Sequence record: PZ166176.1
Reading direction: 5' to 3' (one strand)
Length of the DNA stretch: 64,000 nucleotides
From: a phage
The notes below the pieces were generated by a model that was given only the letters and a program-made list of their open reading frames with translations, made no database searches and had not been told where the DNA came from. How positions within the stretch are numbered: the stretch's first letter is position 1; each line of letters begins with the position of its first letter. Made by a program: the position numbers and the translations under genes. Below are positions 1 to 5,575 of the stretch, piece after piece.

Positions 1-110
1 ATTAACAAGGAAATAATAAACGATAAAAGATTTCCCGATTGTTACTGTCTTAGTAACCTCTACACGTTTAACACCTTGCATGTATTTTGCCTTACCGGAA
101 TAGAGTAAAA

Positions 111-392
111 TCATTTTGCATTCCTCTTGTTGTTGATAACATCCATAGCAGTATATGGTTTATTAGTGCCATGATACTCCAGAATCATTGGAGAGCCTTC
201 TTGCACTACTTCAAAGATACCATAAACAGAACTTTCAGCAAATACCATTTGCTTCGTGCCTTCATCGTTTACAACGAGAGAAAACTTCTTGCCTGTCCCG
301 TTGAGGATCTCGTATTTCTTGCCAGCAGTGAATAATCCAGAGTACCACTCATTATCTGTTGCTTTTACACACTTCAGAAAAGTCTTTATCAT
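111..392 (-). CDS. hypothetical protein (93 aa)
   Basis: ORF from the six-frame track; GAGGAG-like RBS upstream of the ATG on the minus strand; same orientation as neighbouring leftward genes. The antisense ORF 87-335 is discarded. Confidence 0.5.
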   Translation of the reverse strand: MIKTFLKCVKATDNEWYSGLFTAGKKYEILNGTGKKFSLVVNDEGTKQMVFAESSVYGIFEVVQEGSPMILEYHGTNKPYTAMDVINNKRNAK

Positions 393-742
393 TTCTTTTT
401 GCTCCTCTTTTTAGATTTCTCATACAAACCTAACACAGCCGCTTCTTTTGCACAAGTAGGAACTGAAGTCATTCCTCTTCTTTTTGCTTCTGGAAGATTG
501 AGTGTCCACCATCCGAACCAATAAATTTGGTCTGCCGTGAGTGGTTCAGCCATTGGATCTGCCTCCTGCTCCTCAAGACGTTGCAACGCTTCTTCAATCT
601 TCTCGATTGGTGTGTCAAAGACGAATGCCTCCGTATCAAATTTATCTTTCTTAGGAACTGATTTAGCTACTTTGAGAACCTCGTTTTTCGGTTTCTTAGT
701 AACGTTCTTTGGCTTTGATAACTTCTTCGGTGTTTTCGCCAC
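389..742 (-). CDS. hypothetical protein with lysine-rich N-terminus (117 aa)
   Basis: ORF with GTG start preceded by GGAGG; N-terminal KK/PKK-rich segment suggests nucleic-acid binding (inference only). Confidence 0.45.
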   Translation of the reverse strand: MAKTPKKLSKPKNVTKKPKNEVLKVAKSVPKKDKFDTEAFVFDTPIEKIEEALQRLEEQEADPMAEPLTADQIYWFGWWTLNLPEAKRRGMTSVPTCAKEAAVLGLYEKSKKRSKKK

Positions 743-935
743 TTACTACCTCCATACGATCTAAAAAGTCATTCACAAATCTCCAGTAACGTTGACCTGT
801 TCTAAGATCTTCATAGATAACCACAGGATCAAACACTTTAGATATTCCGGCAGGTTTTGGAAATTCCACTACCGTATATAAACCACCTTTTGCTACACAA
901 GAATAGGTTACGCCTGTAATTGGATAGTTGCTCAT
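696..935 (-). CDS. hypothetical protein (79 aa)
   Basis: ORF with GGAG upstream of ATG; 47-nt overlap with the downstream gene makes the exact ends uncertain. Confidence 0.4.
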   Translation of the reverse strand: MSNYPITGVTYSCVAKGGLYTVVEFPKPAGISKVFDPVVIYEDLRTGQRYWRFVNDFLDRMEVVSGENTEEVIKAKERY

Positions 936-1126
936 TTCTTTACGTACTCCATGATTGGGGTGTGGTCGCCAGTAAGCGTAACACGGCTGTAGGACACATC
1001 TTGTGTCTTCAGTGTATCAATCCACTCTAAGAAGTGTTCTTTCGCTTCTGTGTAGTTCTGTGTGCCTTTAACAACGTGTATACCATCTAGAGTTACACGG
1101 AATACCATTTGAATAACGTCTTTCAT
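932..1126 (-). CDS. hypothetical protein (64 aa)
   Basis: ORF with AAGGAGG RBS six nt upstream of ATG (minus strand). Confidence 0.5.
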   Translation of the reverse strand: MKDVIQMVFRVTLDGIHVVKGTQNYTEAKEHFLEWIDTLKTQDVSYSRVTLTGDHTPIMEYVKK

Positions 1127-1239
1127 TTCTTACCTCCTTTATTGTCAAAATAGCTTACCAGAATATCGTGAACCACACATAAGGCAAAAATCAGAACAAT
1201 TGTTGCCAGGACTGGATTCTCACTAATCAGTGCTATCAT
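1123..1239 (-). CDS. small hydrophobic membrane protein (about 38 aa)
   Basis: Internal Met of track ORF 1123-1320 preceded by GGAGGTGG; product MIALISENPVLATIVLIFALCVVHDILVSYF is a single predicted transmembrane helix. The longer N-terminus overlaps the upstream gene and is probably not translated. Confidence 0.3.
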   Translation of the reverse strand: MIALISENPVLATIVLIFALCVVHDILVSYFDNKGGKK

Positions 1240-1546
1240 CTTTAACCACCTCCAATTGTCTTTCGAGTTTGACCTTGTTTGAGAACTGATAATGACACAA
1301 CTTACATTGCATGTCAACAATCTGATAGTGATTTAACCCTACAATTTTAACTTCCTTTGCACCATCCCACTCCAAATACTCAAAGCCATCCAAATGATTA
1401 CTCTTGTCCAACAGGAATGCTATCTGCTGCCATTCAATCTGAATGTCATTTAAATGATATGCTGCACAGAAGATATCCTCATAGTAAAAGACGATCATTG
1501 TCATTGCTTCGTCCAGCACAACTACCTCTTGTCTTGTAAATCTCAT
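1223..1546 (-). CDS. hypothetical protein (107 aa), first gene of the leftward unit
   Basis: ORF with TAGGAGG RBS upstream of ATG; sits immediately left of the divergent control region. Confidence 0.55.
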   Translation of the reverse strand: MRFTRQEVVVLDEAMTMIVFYYEDIFCAAYHLNDIQIEWQQIAFLLDKSNHLDGFEYLEWDGAKEVKIVGLNHYQIVDMQCKLCHYQFSNKVKLERQLEVVKDDSTD

Positions 1547-1590
1547 TCTAGCCTCCTAAACGCGTCTCTGATGCACTTTTTATATATAAG

Positions 1591-1619
1591 ATGATAAATC
1601 ACCTTACCTAGTAAGTAAA
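1591..1619 (-). promoter_or_regulatory. sigma70-like promoter for the leftward genes (-35 TTTACT, 17-nt spacer, -10 TATCAT on the minus strand)
   Basis: Hexamers read directly on the reverse complement, correctly spaced and positioned upstream of the 1546 start. Confidence 0.4.
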
Positions 1620-1801
1620 CTTGCTCTACGAGCCTCTTATGAAGCTTATGTTATAGGCTATACTATTGCTACCTGTTTAAGCAAGGTTTTTGCACACAGA
1701 AAATAATTTTTAATAAAACTCTTGACTTTTGTGTTCGAAGTATGCTACCCTAGAAATCTATTAACGAGCGCAGCGAGTTAAGGTTTTAGGTTGTTGATGT
1801 A

Positions 1802-1833
1802 GTACTCTGTACTCAAGTACTGTACTCCGTACT
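1802..1833. repeat. array of five GTACT repeats within 32 bp
   Basis: GTACT at 1802, 1809, 1817, 1822 and 1829; further GTAC sites at 1888, 1907, 1911, 1989 and 1994 flank AT-rich tracts. Confidence 0.8.
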
Positions 1834-1835
1834 AG

Positions 1836-1882
1836 ATTAATAATTATTAAATATTAATAATAAATAATTATTAGATCTAACA
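1836..1882. repeat. AT-rich tract with internal palindromes (ttaataattattaa)
   Basis: Nearly pure A/T for about 45 bp between the GTAC clusters; a second AT-rich tract lies at 1921-1965 and a perfect 14-bp palindrome TGATCTATAGATCA at 1968-1981. Confidence 0.8.
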
Positions 1883-1966
1883 AACAGGTACAGTGTATCA
1901 GAACTGGTACGTACAGATCAACTTCTATCAATTAAAAATAAAATAATAAATTATTATAAATAATAC

Positions 1967-1995
1967 TTGATCTATAGATCAGTATGAAGTACAGT
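1967..1995 (+). promoter_or_regulatory. sigma70-like promoter for the rightward genes (-35 TTGATC, 17-nt spacer, -10 TACAGT), overlapping the palindrome TGATCTATAGATCA
   Basis: Hexamers and spacing read directly; AT-rich UP-like region upstream; the palindrome in the spacer looks like an operator. Confidence 0.4.
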
Positions 1996-2027
1996 ACGGA
2001 ACATCTTAACAAGAATGGAGGTGTGCA

Positions 2028-2213
2028 ATGATTAGCGAGAATCCGTGCAAATGGCATCATGTGCCTATTAAAGATTGTATGTCTTGTAATCCACGTTCTA
2101 TTTATAACATTGCATCTTATGATGATGACAATGTGTTAGACGATGATGAAGGCTGGGAGGATTTAGATTGGACTGGTTATGAAACCAAAAAGGATAAAAT
2201 TATTCCTAGTTGA
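2028..2213 (+). CDS. hypothetical acidic protein (61 aa)
   Basis: ORF with strong RBS (AATGGAGGTG) upstream of ATG; Asp/Glu-rich C-terminal half. Confidence 0.5.
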   Translation: MISENPCKWHHVPIKDCMSCNPRSIYNIASYDDDNVLDDDEGWEDLDWTGYETKKDKIIPS

Positions 2214-2286
2214 CTTAAGATATCCTTCGTGCTAAACTAGAAGTGAGGAGATGCCGATCACTCCCCATTTGGGGTTCGAAGGATAT

Positions 2287-2502
2287 ATGCAAAATAGCTT
2301 TTATTTTAGGTGCCGTGCTTGTAATAGGCATTTGACAAACCACTCCAGACGTGATAAAAATGGAGTCATCAAGGAATCAGACCTCTGTTCTATTTGCACA
2401 GGTTTGGCTTTTGATGATAGTCCCGAAAGGGTTTATCAGCATCAATGTATAACAGACGTTCTCGTGTCAAACTTGGTAGAGGACGAACAACTAACAGATT
2501 AG
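2287..2502 (+). CDS. hypothetical Cys-rich protein (possible zinc ribbon)
   Basis: Track ORF 2251-2502; start placed at the internal ATG after GAAGGA; CxxC...CxxC pattern (CRACNRH, CSIC). Confidence 0.4.
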   Translation: MQNSFYFRCRACNRHLTNHSRRDKNGVIKESDLCSICTGLAFDDSPERVYQHQCITDVLVSNLVEDEQLTD

Positions 2503-2510
2503 GAGGAACA

Positions 2511-2759
2511 ATGTCTCTATTAGAAAAACACGTGTTTGAAGATGGTAACGGCAATGCAGTTTTTCTTTTCCATCCAGAAAAATACACATCTGAAAACAAT
2601 GGTACAACTTCTATTGTAATCACTAAAGATGTTAAAGTTATTGATTTCTTGGCTCTGATGCGAGAGATGGATCTTGAAATTAATACTTTTAACGCAGAAG
2701 CTTTGGTTGTTGCTCTTCTGGAAAAGAAAGATAGTGAAGAAGTAGCAGAATATGCTTAA
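2511..2759 (+). CDS. hypothetical protein (82 aa)
   Basis: ATG at 2511 preceded by AGGAGG (2501-2506); the track ORF starting at 2445 is a longer in-frame artefact. Confidence 0.55.
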   Translation: MSLLEKHVFEDGNGNAVFLFHPEKYTSENNGTTSIVITKDVKVIDFLALMREMDLEINTFNAEALVVALLEKKDSEEVAEYA

Positions 2760-2766
2760 ATAACTA

Positions 2767-2796
2767 TTGACAAACGTATCCTTCATATGTTAGGAT
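2767..2796 (+). promoter_or_regulatory. promoter-like site (actattgacaa motif: -35 TTGACA, 18-nt spacer, -10 TAGGAT) with inverted repeat GTATCCT...AGGATAC
   Basis: Consensus -35 hexamer; weak -10; the 7-bp inverted-repeat arms at 2776-2782 and 2793-2799 overlap the -10 region. Confidence 0.4.
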
Positions 2797-3005
2797 ACGT
2801 TCATCAAGTGTGGTAACAGGGTCGTTGACTTTTGTTAAGAGGGGCTTGCACTGCGGTAGTGTTAGAGACTACTTCTTCAGAGGTTAGCTACCAAAGAGGA
2901 AAAGGAATAGTCTCGGCTCAAGAACTTTTACGCTGAAAGTTGGGCTTGGTCTTAGAGAATGTAGCGGTTCTCTACAATCGTCAGCGTCTCTGTTACCACA
3001 TTTAT

Positions 3006-3080
3006 GGCCCTGTAGCTCAATGGGAGAGCTGTCGGCTCATAACCGATAGGTAGCTGGATCGAAACCAGCCAGGGCCACCA
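3006..3080 (+). tRNA. tRNA with anticodon CAT (Met, or Ile2 if lysidine-modified), CCA encoded
   Basis: Cloverleaf folded by hand: acceptor GGCCCTG/CAGGGCC, D-stem GCTC/GAGC, anticodon loop CTCATAA, T-stem GCTGG/CCAGC, discriminator A, CCA. Confidence 0.8.
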
Positions 3081-3082
3081 AC

Positions 3083-3157
3083 GTCTTTATGGTGTAATGG
3101 ATAGCACAGGAGTCTTCTAAACTCTTAGTCAAGGTTCGATTCCTTGTAAAGACACCA
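3083..3157 (+). tRNA. tRNA-Arg (anticodon TCT), CCA encoded
   Basis: Acceptor GTCTTTA/TAAAGAC, anticodon stem GGAGT/ACTCT with loop CTTCTAA, T-stem CAAGG/CCTTG with loop TTCGATT, discriminator A, CCA. Confidence 0.8.
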
Positions 3158-3353
3158 GAACATTTTAACATGAATTAGCTCAAGTGATTTGAACCCACTA
3201 CTGATCATGGTGGCAGAGAATGAGGCAAGTATGTCAGACATTATAAACAAAGGCCACGGTTATATTAGAAGACATAAATGCTCGAAGAGCACCGTTCGTT
3301 GAGAACGGGGGTTGGTGGAGTCACCATTCATGGTAAAATGTTTTAAAAAACTA

Positions 3354-3383
3354 TTGACAACTAACATTATTTTATGTTAGATT
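3354..3383 (+). promoter_or_regulatory. promoter-like site (-35 TTGACA, 18-nt spacer, -10 TAGATT) with palindrome TAACAT...ATGTTA
   Basis: Same actattgacaa motif as at 2767 and 4103; lies just upstream of tRNA-Ser. Confidence 0.4.
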
Positions 3384-3391
3384 ATAAGTAT

Positions 3392-3482
3392 GGAAGGGCA
3401 AATCGACGTGGCGACGAAAACGGTCTTGAAAACCGCCGAGCTTGAAAGAGCCTTGGGAGTTCGACTCTCCCTCCTTCCGCCA
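3392..3482 (+). tRNA. tRNA-Ser (anticodon TGA), long variable arm, CCA encoded
   Basis: Acceptor GGAAGGG/TCCTTCC, anticodon loop CTTGAAA, long variable arm, T-stem GGGAG/CTCCC with loop TTCGACT, discriminator G, CCA; the D-arm is irregular. Confidence 0.7.
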
Positions 3483-3486
3483 GATT

Positions 3487-3572
3487 GGTAGATTGGTGAA
3501 ATGGTAGCCACGACAGTTTGCTAAACTGTAGTCGGAAACGGCGTGTAGGTTCGAGTCCTACATCTACCGCCA
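3487..3572 (+). tRNA. tRNA-Ser (anticodon GCT), long variable arm, CCA encoded
   Basis: Acceptor GGTAGAT/ATCTACC, D-stem GTGA/CCAC (read as in the analysis), anticodon stem ACAGT/ACTGT with loop TTGCTAA, T-stem GTAGG/CCTAC, discriminator G, CCA. Confidence 0.8.
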
Positions 3573-3578
3573 AATTAA

Positions 3579-3664
3579 GATGAGTTGGCTGAATGGTTTA
3601 AGCGGCGGACTGTTAATCCGTGTTCGAAAGAACGATATAGGTTCAAATCCTATACTCATCGCCA
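3579..3664 (+). tRNA. atypical tRNA: serine-like body (long variable arm, discriminator G) with anticodon GTT (Asn codons), CCA encoded
   Basis: Acceptor GATGAGT/ACTCATC (perfect), anticodon stem GCGGA/TCCGT with loop CTGTTAA, variable arm hairpin GTTC-GAAA-GAAC, T-stem ATAGG/CCTAT with loop TTCAAAT, discriminator G, CCA. Isotype cannot be settled by eye. Confidence 0.55.
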
Positions 3665-3671
3665 GAATTAT

Positions 3672-3750
3672 GGACTTGTAGAGTTAAGGTAAACCCCCAG
3701 TCGCCAAGAGGCTTCTGGAATTGCAGGTATCGAATCCTGCCGAGTCCCAG
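3672..3750 (+). pseudogene. degenerate tRNA-like element (no CCA, 8-nt T-loop, no clean anticodon arm)
   Basis: Acceptor GGACTTG/CGAGTCC and T-stem GCAGG/CCTGC are recognisable, but the D and anticodon arms do not fold canonically and CCA is absent. Confidence 0.3.
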
Positions 3751-3754
3751 CTTT

Positions 3755-3829
3755 GCTCCTATAGTATAATGGCTATTACAACGGTTTTGTAATCCGTGGA
3801 TCTCTGTTCGATTCAGAGTGGGAGCACCA
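3755..3829 (+). tRNA. tRNA-Thr (anticodon TGT), CCA encoded
   Basis: Acceptor GCTCCTA/TGGGAGC, anticodon loop TTTGTAA with a U-U loop-closing mismatch, T-stem CTCTG/CAGAG with loop TTCGATT, discriminator A, CCA. Confidence 0.75.
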
Positions 3830-4102
3830 ACACAACATTAAGAGCACTGTGATTGATCGTCGTATCCTGTGCACAAGGTCTGCTCGAAAGACAGTGTTCT
3901 TAGTATTGTGTTGATCACAAAAAGAGTTACCTGAAACTTGACCGGAGTAGGGTTGGATGGGGCAAAAGAAGAAGCGGCTCTCCCATCGACAGCAACGAAG
4001 AATAATATTTGACTTTGGTTTTGTATTATTTTAAGTTAGCTTACCGAACGTAGGGCTAGTCACCCAATGGGATACTCGTCACTGTCCCGCTCAATAAAAC
4101 TA

Positions 4103-4132
4103 TTGACAACCAATAGTAAAATGTAGTATAGT
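4103..4132 (+). promoter_or_regulatory. sigma70-like promoter (-35 TTGACA, 18-nt spacer, -10 TATAGT) with inverted repeat ACTATTG...CAATAGT
   Basis: Good match in both hexamers; lies upstream of tRNA-Gly and restarts transcription inside the tRNA region. Confidence 0.55.
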
Positions 4133-4143
4133 AAAGATGTAGG

Positions 4144-4217
4144 GCGTTCTTGGTGTAGCGGTAGCATTCCGTCCTTCCAAGTCGGCGGCACGAGTTCGAT
4201 CCTCGTAGAACGCTCCA
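4144..4217 (+). tRNA. tRNA-Gly (anticodon TCC), CCA encoded
   Basis: Acceptor GCGTTCT/AGAACGC (perfect), anticodon loop CTTCCAA, T-stem ACGAG/CTCGT with loop TTCGATC, discriminator T, CCA. Confidence 0.75.
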
Positions 4218-4315
4218 AATTATTTAATAAAGGGTTGCCAGAAAACTTTCTCTTTTACTCATGGTTTTCTCCTTCTCTCACACCTCTTCTGGTTGCCCTT
4301 CATTAAATGATTTAT

Positions 4316-4391
4316 TGGTTTGTAGTGTAGTCCGGTAGCACACGACACTTTGACTGTCGTAGGTTTGGTTCAAATCCAGACAGACCAGCCA
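4316..4391 (+). tRNA. tRNA-Gln (anticodon TTG), CCA encoded
   Basis: Acceptor TGGTTTG/CAGACCA, D-stem GTGT/ACAC region, anticodon stem CGACA/TGTCG with loop CTTTGAC, T-stem TTTGG/CCAGA with loop TTCAAAT, discriminator G, CCA. Confidence 0.75.
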
Positions 4392-4396
4392 TATAA

Positions 4397-4473
4397 CGGA
4401 ATTTAGCTCAGTTTGGTAGAGCATACGCTTTGGGAGCGTAGGGTCGCAGGTTCGAATCCTGCAATTCCGACCA
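4397..4473 (+). tRNA. tRNA-Pro (anticodon TGG), CCA encoded
   Basis: Acceptor CGGAATT/AATTCCG (perfect), anticodon stem TACGC/GCGTA with loop TTTGGGA, T-stem GCAGG/CCTGC with loop TTCGAAT, discriminator A, CCA. Confidence 0.85.
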
Positions 4474-4479
4474 ATCAAA

Positions 4480-4553
4480 TGTTTCGTAGTTCAATGGTAG
4501 AACCCACGACTGATAATCGTGAGACACAAGTTCGATTCTTGTCGAAACAACCA
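4480..4553 (+). tRNA. tRNA-Ile (anticodon GAT), CCA encoded
   Basis: Acceptor TGTTTCG/CGAAACA, D-stem GTTC/GAAC, anticodon stem CACGA/TCGTG with loop CTGATAA, T-stem ACAAG/CTTGT with loop TTCGATT, discriminator A, CCA. Confidence 0.85.
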
Positions 4554-4555
4554 GT

Positions 4556-4625
4556 TTCCCGTTAGACTTACAGGATAAGAGTTCCACAGCTTATTGTGAT
4601 GTTGGTTCGAATCCAGCACGGGATA
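4556..4625 (+). pseudogene. degenerate tRNA-like element (no CCA, irregular anticodon arm)
   Basis: T-arm GTTGG-TTCGAAT-CCAGC and an acceptor pairing with a 1:72 mismatch are present, but the anticodon region gives only a 4-bp stem with a 6-nt loop and ACA replaces CCA. Confidence 0.3.
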
Positions 4626-4631
4626 CATAAT

Positions 4632-4710
4632 AGCGGGATAGAGGAGTCTGGTCGTCCTCGCCAGTTTCATATGCTGGAGATCATCGGTTCAAATCCGATT
4701 CCCGCCTCCA
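4632..4710 (+). tRNA. tRNA with anticodon CAT and an A1:C72 mismatch (second Met/Ile2-type tRNA), CCA encoded
   Basis: Acceptor AGCGGGA/TCCCGCC, D-stem GAGG/CCTC with an 11-nt loop, anticodon stem CCAGT/GCTGG with loop TTCATAT, T-stem ATCGG/CCGAT with loop TTCAAAT, discriminator T, CCA. Confidence 0.65.
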
Positions 4711-4825
4711 AATATCGCTTGCCAGCGGTATCTTTGAAGACCTTGCCTGGTTCCTTCTAAGATGGAGGGGTGCGACTCCTTAACGCACAATTATAATAAA
4801 GCATTTCAAATTAACAGTATTTATT

Positions 4826-4848
4826 AGCCTCCTTATTGGAGGCTTTTT
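4826..4848 (+). terminator. rho-independent terminator after the tRNA cluster
   Basis: Hairpin AGCCTCC-TTATT-GGAGGCT followed by TTTT. Confidence 0.75.
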
Positions 4849-4867
4849 GCTATCTATTGAATAAAAC

Positions 4868-4896
4868 TTGACTTATTATTTTTTATATGTTAAGAT
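4868..4896 (+). promoter_or_regulatory. sigma70-like promoter (-35 TTGACT, 17-nt spacer, -10 TAAGAT)
   Basis: Hexamers read directly; followed by AGGAGG and the ATG at 4918. Confidence 0.5.
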
Positions 4897-4917
4897 AAAG
4901 TTTAGGAGGATTTTATT

Positions 4918-5214
4918 ATGCCTAAACTAAAACGTGGTCGTGGAAGACCAACAGCCGAAATGCAACAGATCTACGCAATGGATGCGGCGCAAGCAAGTGT
5001 AAAAGAATTATTTGCAGAGCATTATTTAGAAGCTATGCGATATATTGTTGAACTTGTTAATGATAAGGATGCAGCAAAACCTCTCCGCTTCCAAGCAGCT
5101 AAAGCTATTAAAGAGCAAGTAGAAGAATGGTTAGAAGAACATTATGAAGCTATGGAAGAAGAAACCCCTGCCGTGCAGAATACAGATGACGTTCCTAAAA
5201 AGATCGTAATCTAA
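4918..5214 (+). CDS. hypothetical protein with AT-hook-like KRGRGRP motif (98 aa); small terminase subunit possible
   Basis: Strong RBS; own promoter and two downstream terminators; N-terminal PKLKRGRGRPT motif suggests DNA binding; lies upstream of the large terminase. Confidence 0.5.
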   Translation: MPKLKRGRGRPTAEMQQIYAMDAAQASVKELFAEHYLEAMRYIVELVNDKDAAKPLRFQAAKAIKEQVEEWLEEHYEAMEEETPAVQNTDDVPKKIVI

Positions 5215-5229
5215 TCCCTCTCCTCTCTT

Positions 5230-5260
5230 GGGGCTTTGCCCCTCCTCCTTGTTATTTTTA
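5230..5260 (+). terminator. terminator hairpin GGGGC-TTT-GCCCC followed by a T-rich tract
   Basis: Read directly after the stop codon at 5214. Confidence 0.55.
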
Positions 5261-5263
5261 ACA

Positions 5264-5298
5264 CCCCTCTCCGAAAGGTTAGGGGCTTTTTTATTTTT
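5264..5298 (+). terminator. rho-independent terminator (stem CCCCT...AGGGG followed by CTTTTTTATTTTT)
   Basis: GC stem followed by a long T-run; second of two tandem terminators. Confidence 0.75.
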
Positions 5299-5303
5299 AA
5301 TGC

Positions 5304-5333
5304 TTGCAATTGTATATCATTTTGTGATAAGAT
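5304..5333 (+). promoter_or_regulatory. sigma70-like promoter (-35 TTGCAA, 18-nt spacer, -10 TAAGAT)
   Basis: Same -10 hexamer as the promoter at 4868; followed by GAGGAGGA and the ATG at 5355. Confidence 0.45.
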
Positions 5334-5354
5334 CAGATATGAGGAGGATAAAAT

Positions 5355-5525
5355 ATGCGCAATTTTGTAGTTAAAAATGATTTTAACCGTTCTTCTTATC
5401 ATAAAGATAAAAAGAATGATTACACACGGGTTTGGAACTTGGAGGAAGAACTTTATGATGACAGAGAAGACTTGGAAAGAGATCCTAGCGGAGGCTCAAC
5501 CAATGGAAGTGAAGAAGATAGTTAA
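5355..5525 (+). CDS. small acidic hypothetical protein (56 aa)
   Basis: ATG at 5355 six nt after GAGGAGGA; not in the track (below 60 aa). Track ORF 5377-5592 in another frame is the alternative. Confidence 0.3.
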   Translation: MRNFVVKNDFNRSSYHKDKKNDYTRVWNLEEELYDDREDLERDPSGGSTNGSEEDS

Positions 5526-5575
5526 CAACGCCCCTTCTCTTCCTAAAATAAAATTTTATGAGGAAGTAGAAGATA

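Noticed and set aside
87-335. Plus-strand ORF (82 aa) at the window start
   Set aside because: It is antisense to the better-supported leftward gene 111-392 and opposes the orientation of the whole leftward gene block.
1722-1750. TTGACT hexamer at 1722 as a plus-strand promoter
   Set aside because: No acceptable -10 hexamer at 16-18 nt spacing (TATGCT lies at 13 nt); the promoter at 1967-1995 is better placed for the rightward genes.
1802-1833. Possible CRISPR array suggested by the short direct repeats
   Set aside because: The repeats are only 5 bp with 2-3 bp between them; there are no 25-40 bp repeat-spacer units and no cas genes in the window.
3158-3260. Possible minus-strand tRNA suggested by GGGTTCAAATC on the reverse complement
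   Set aside because: A T-loop-like motif is present but no acceptor stem, D-arm or anticodon arm can be folded around it on either strand.
3382-3573. Minus-strand ORF (63 aa) in the six-frame track
   Set aside because: It lies entirely over the two tRNA-Ser genes and the promoter before them; tRNA sequence read in antisense gives a spurious open frame.
4278-4478. Minus-strand ORF (66 aa) in the six-frame track
   Set aside because: It overlaps tRNA-Gln and tRNA-Pro and has no RBS.
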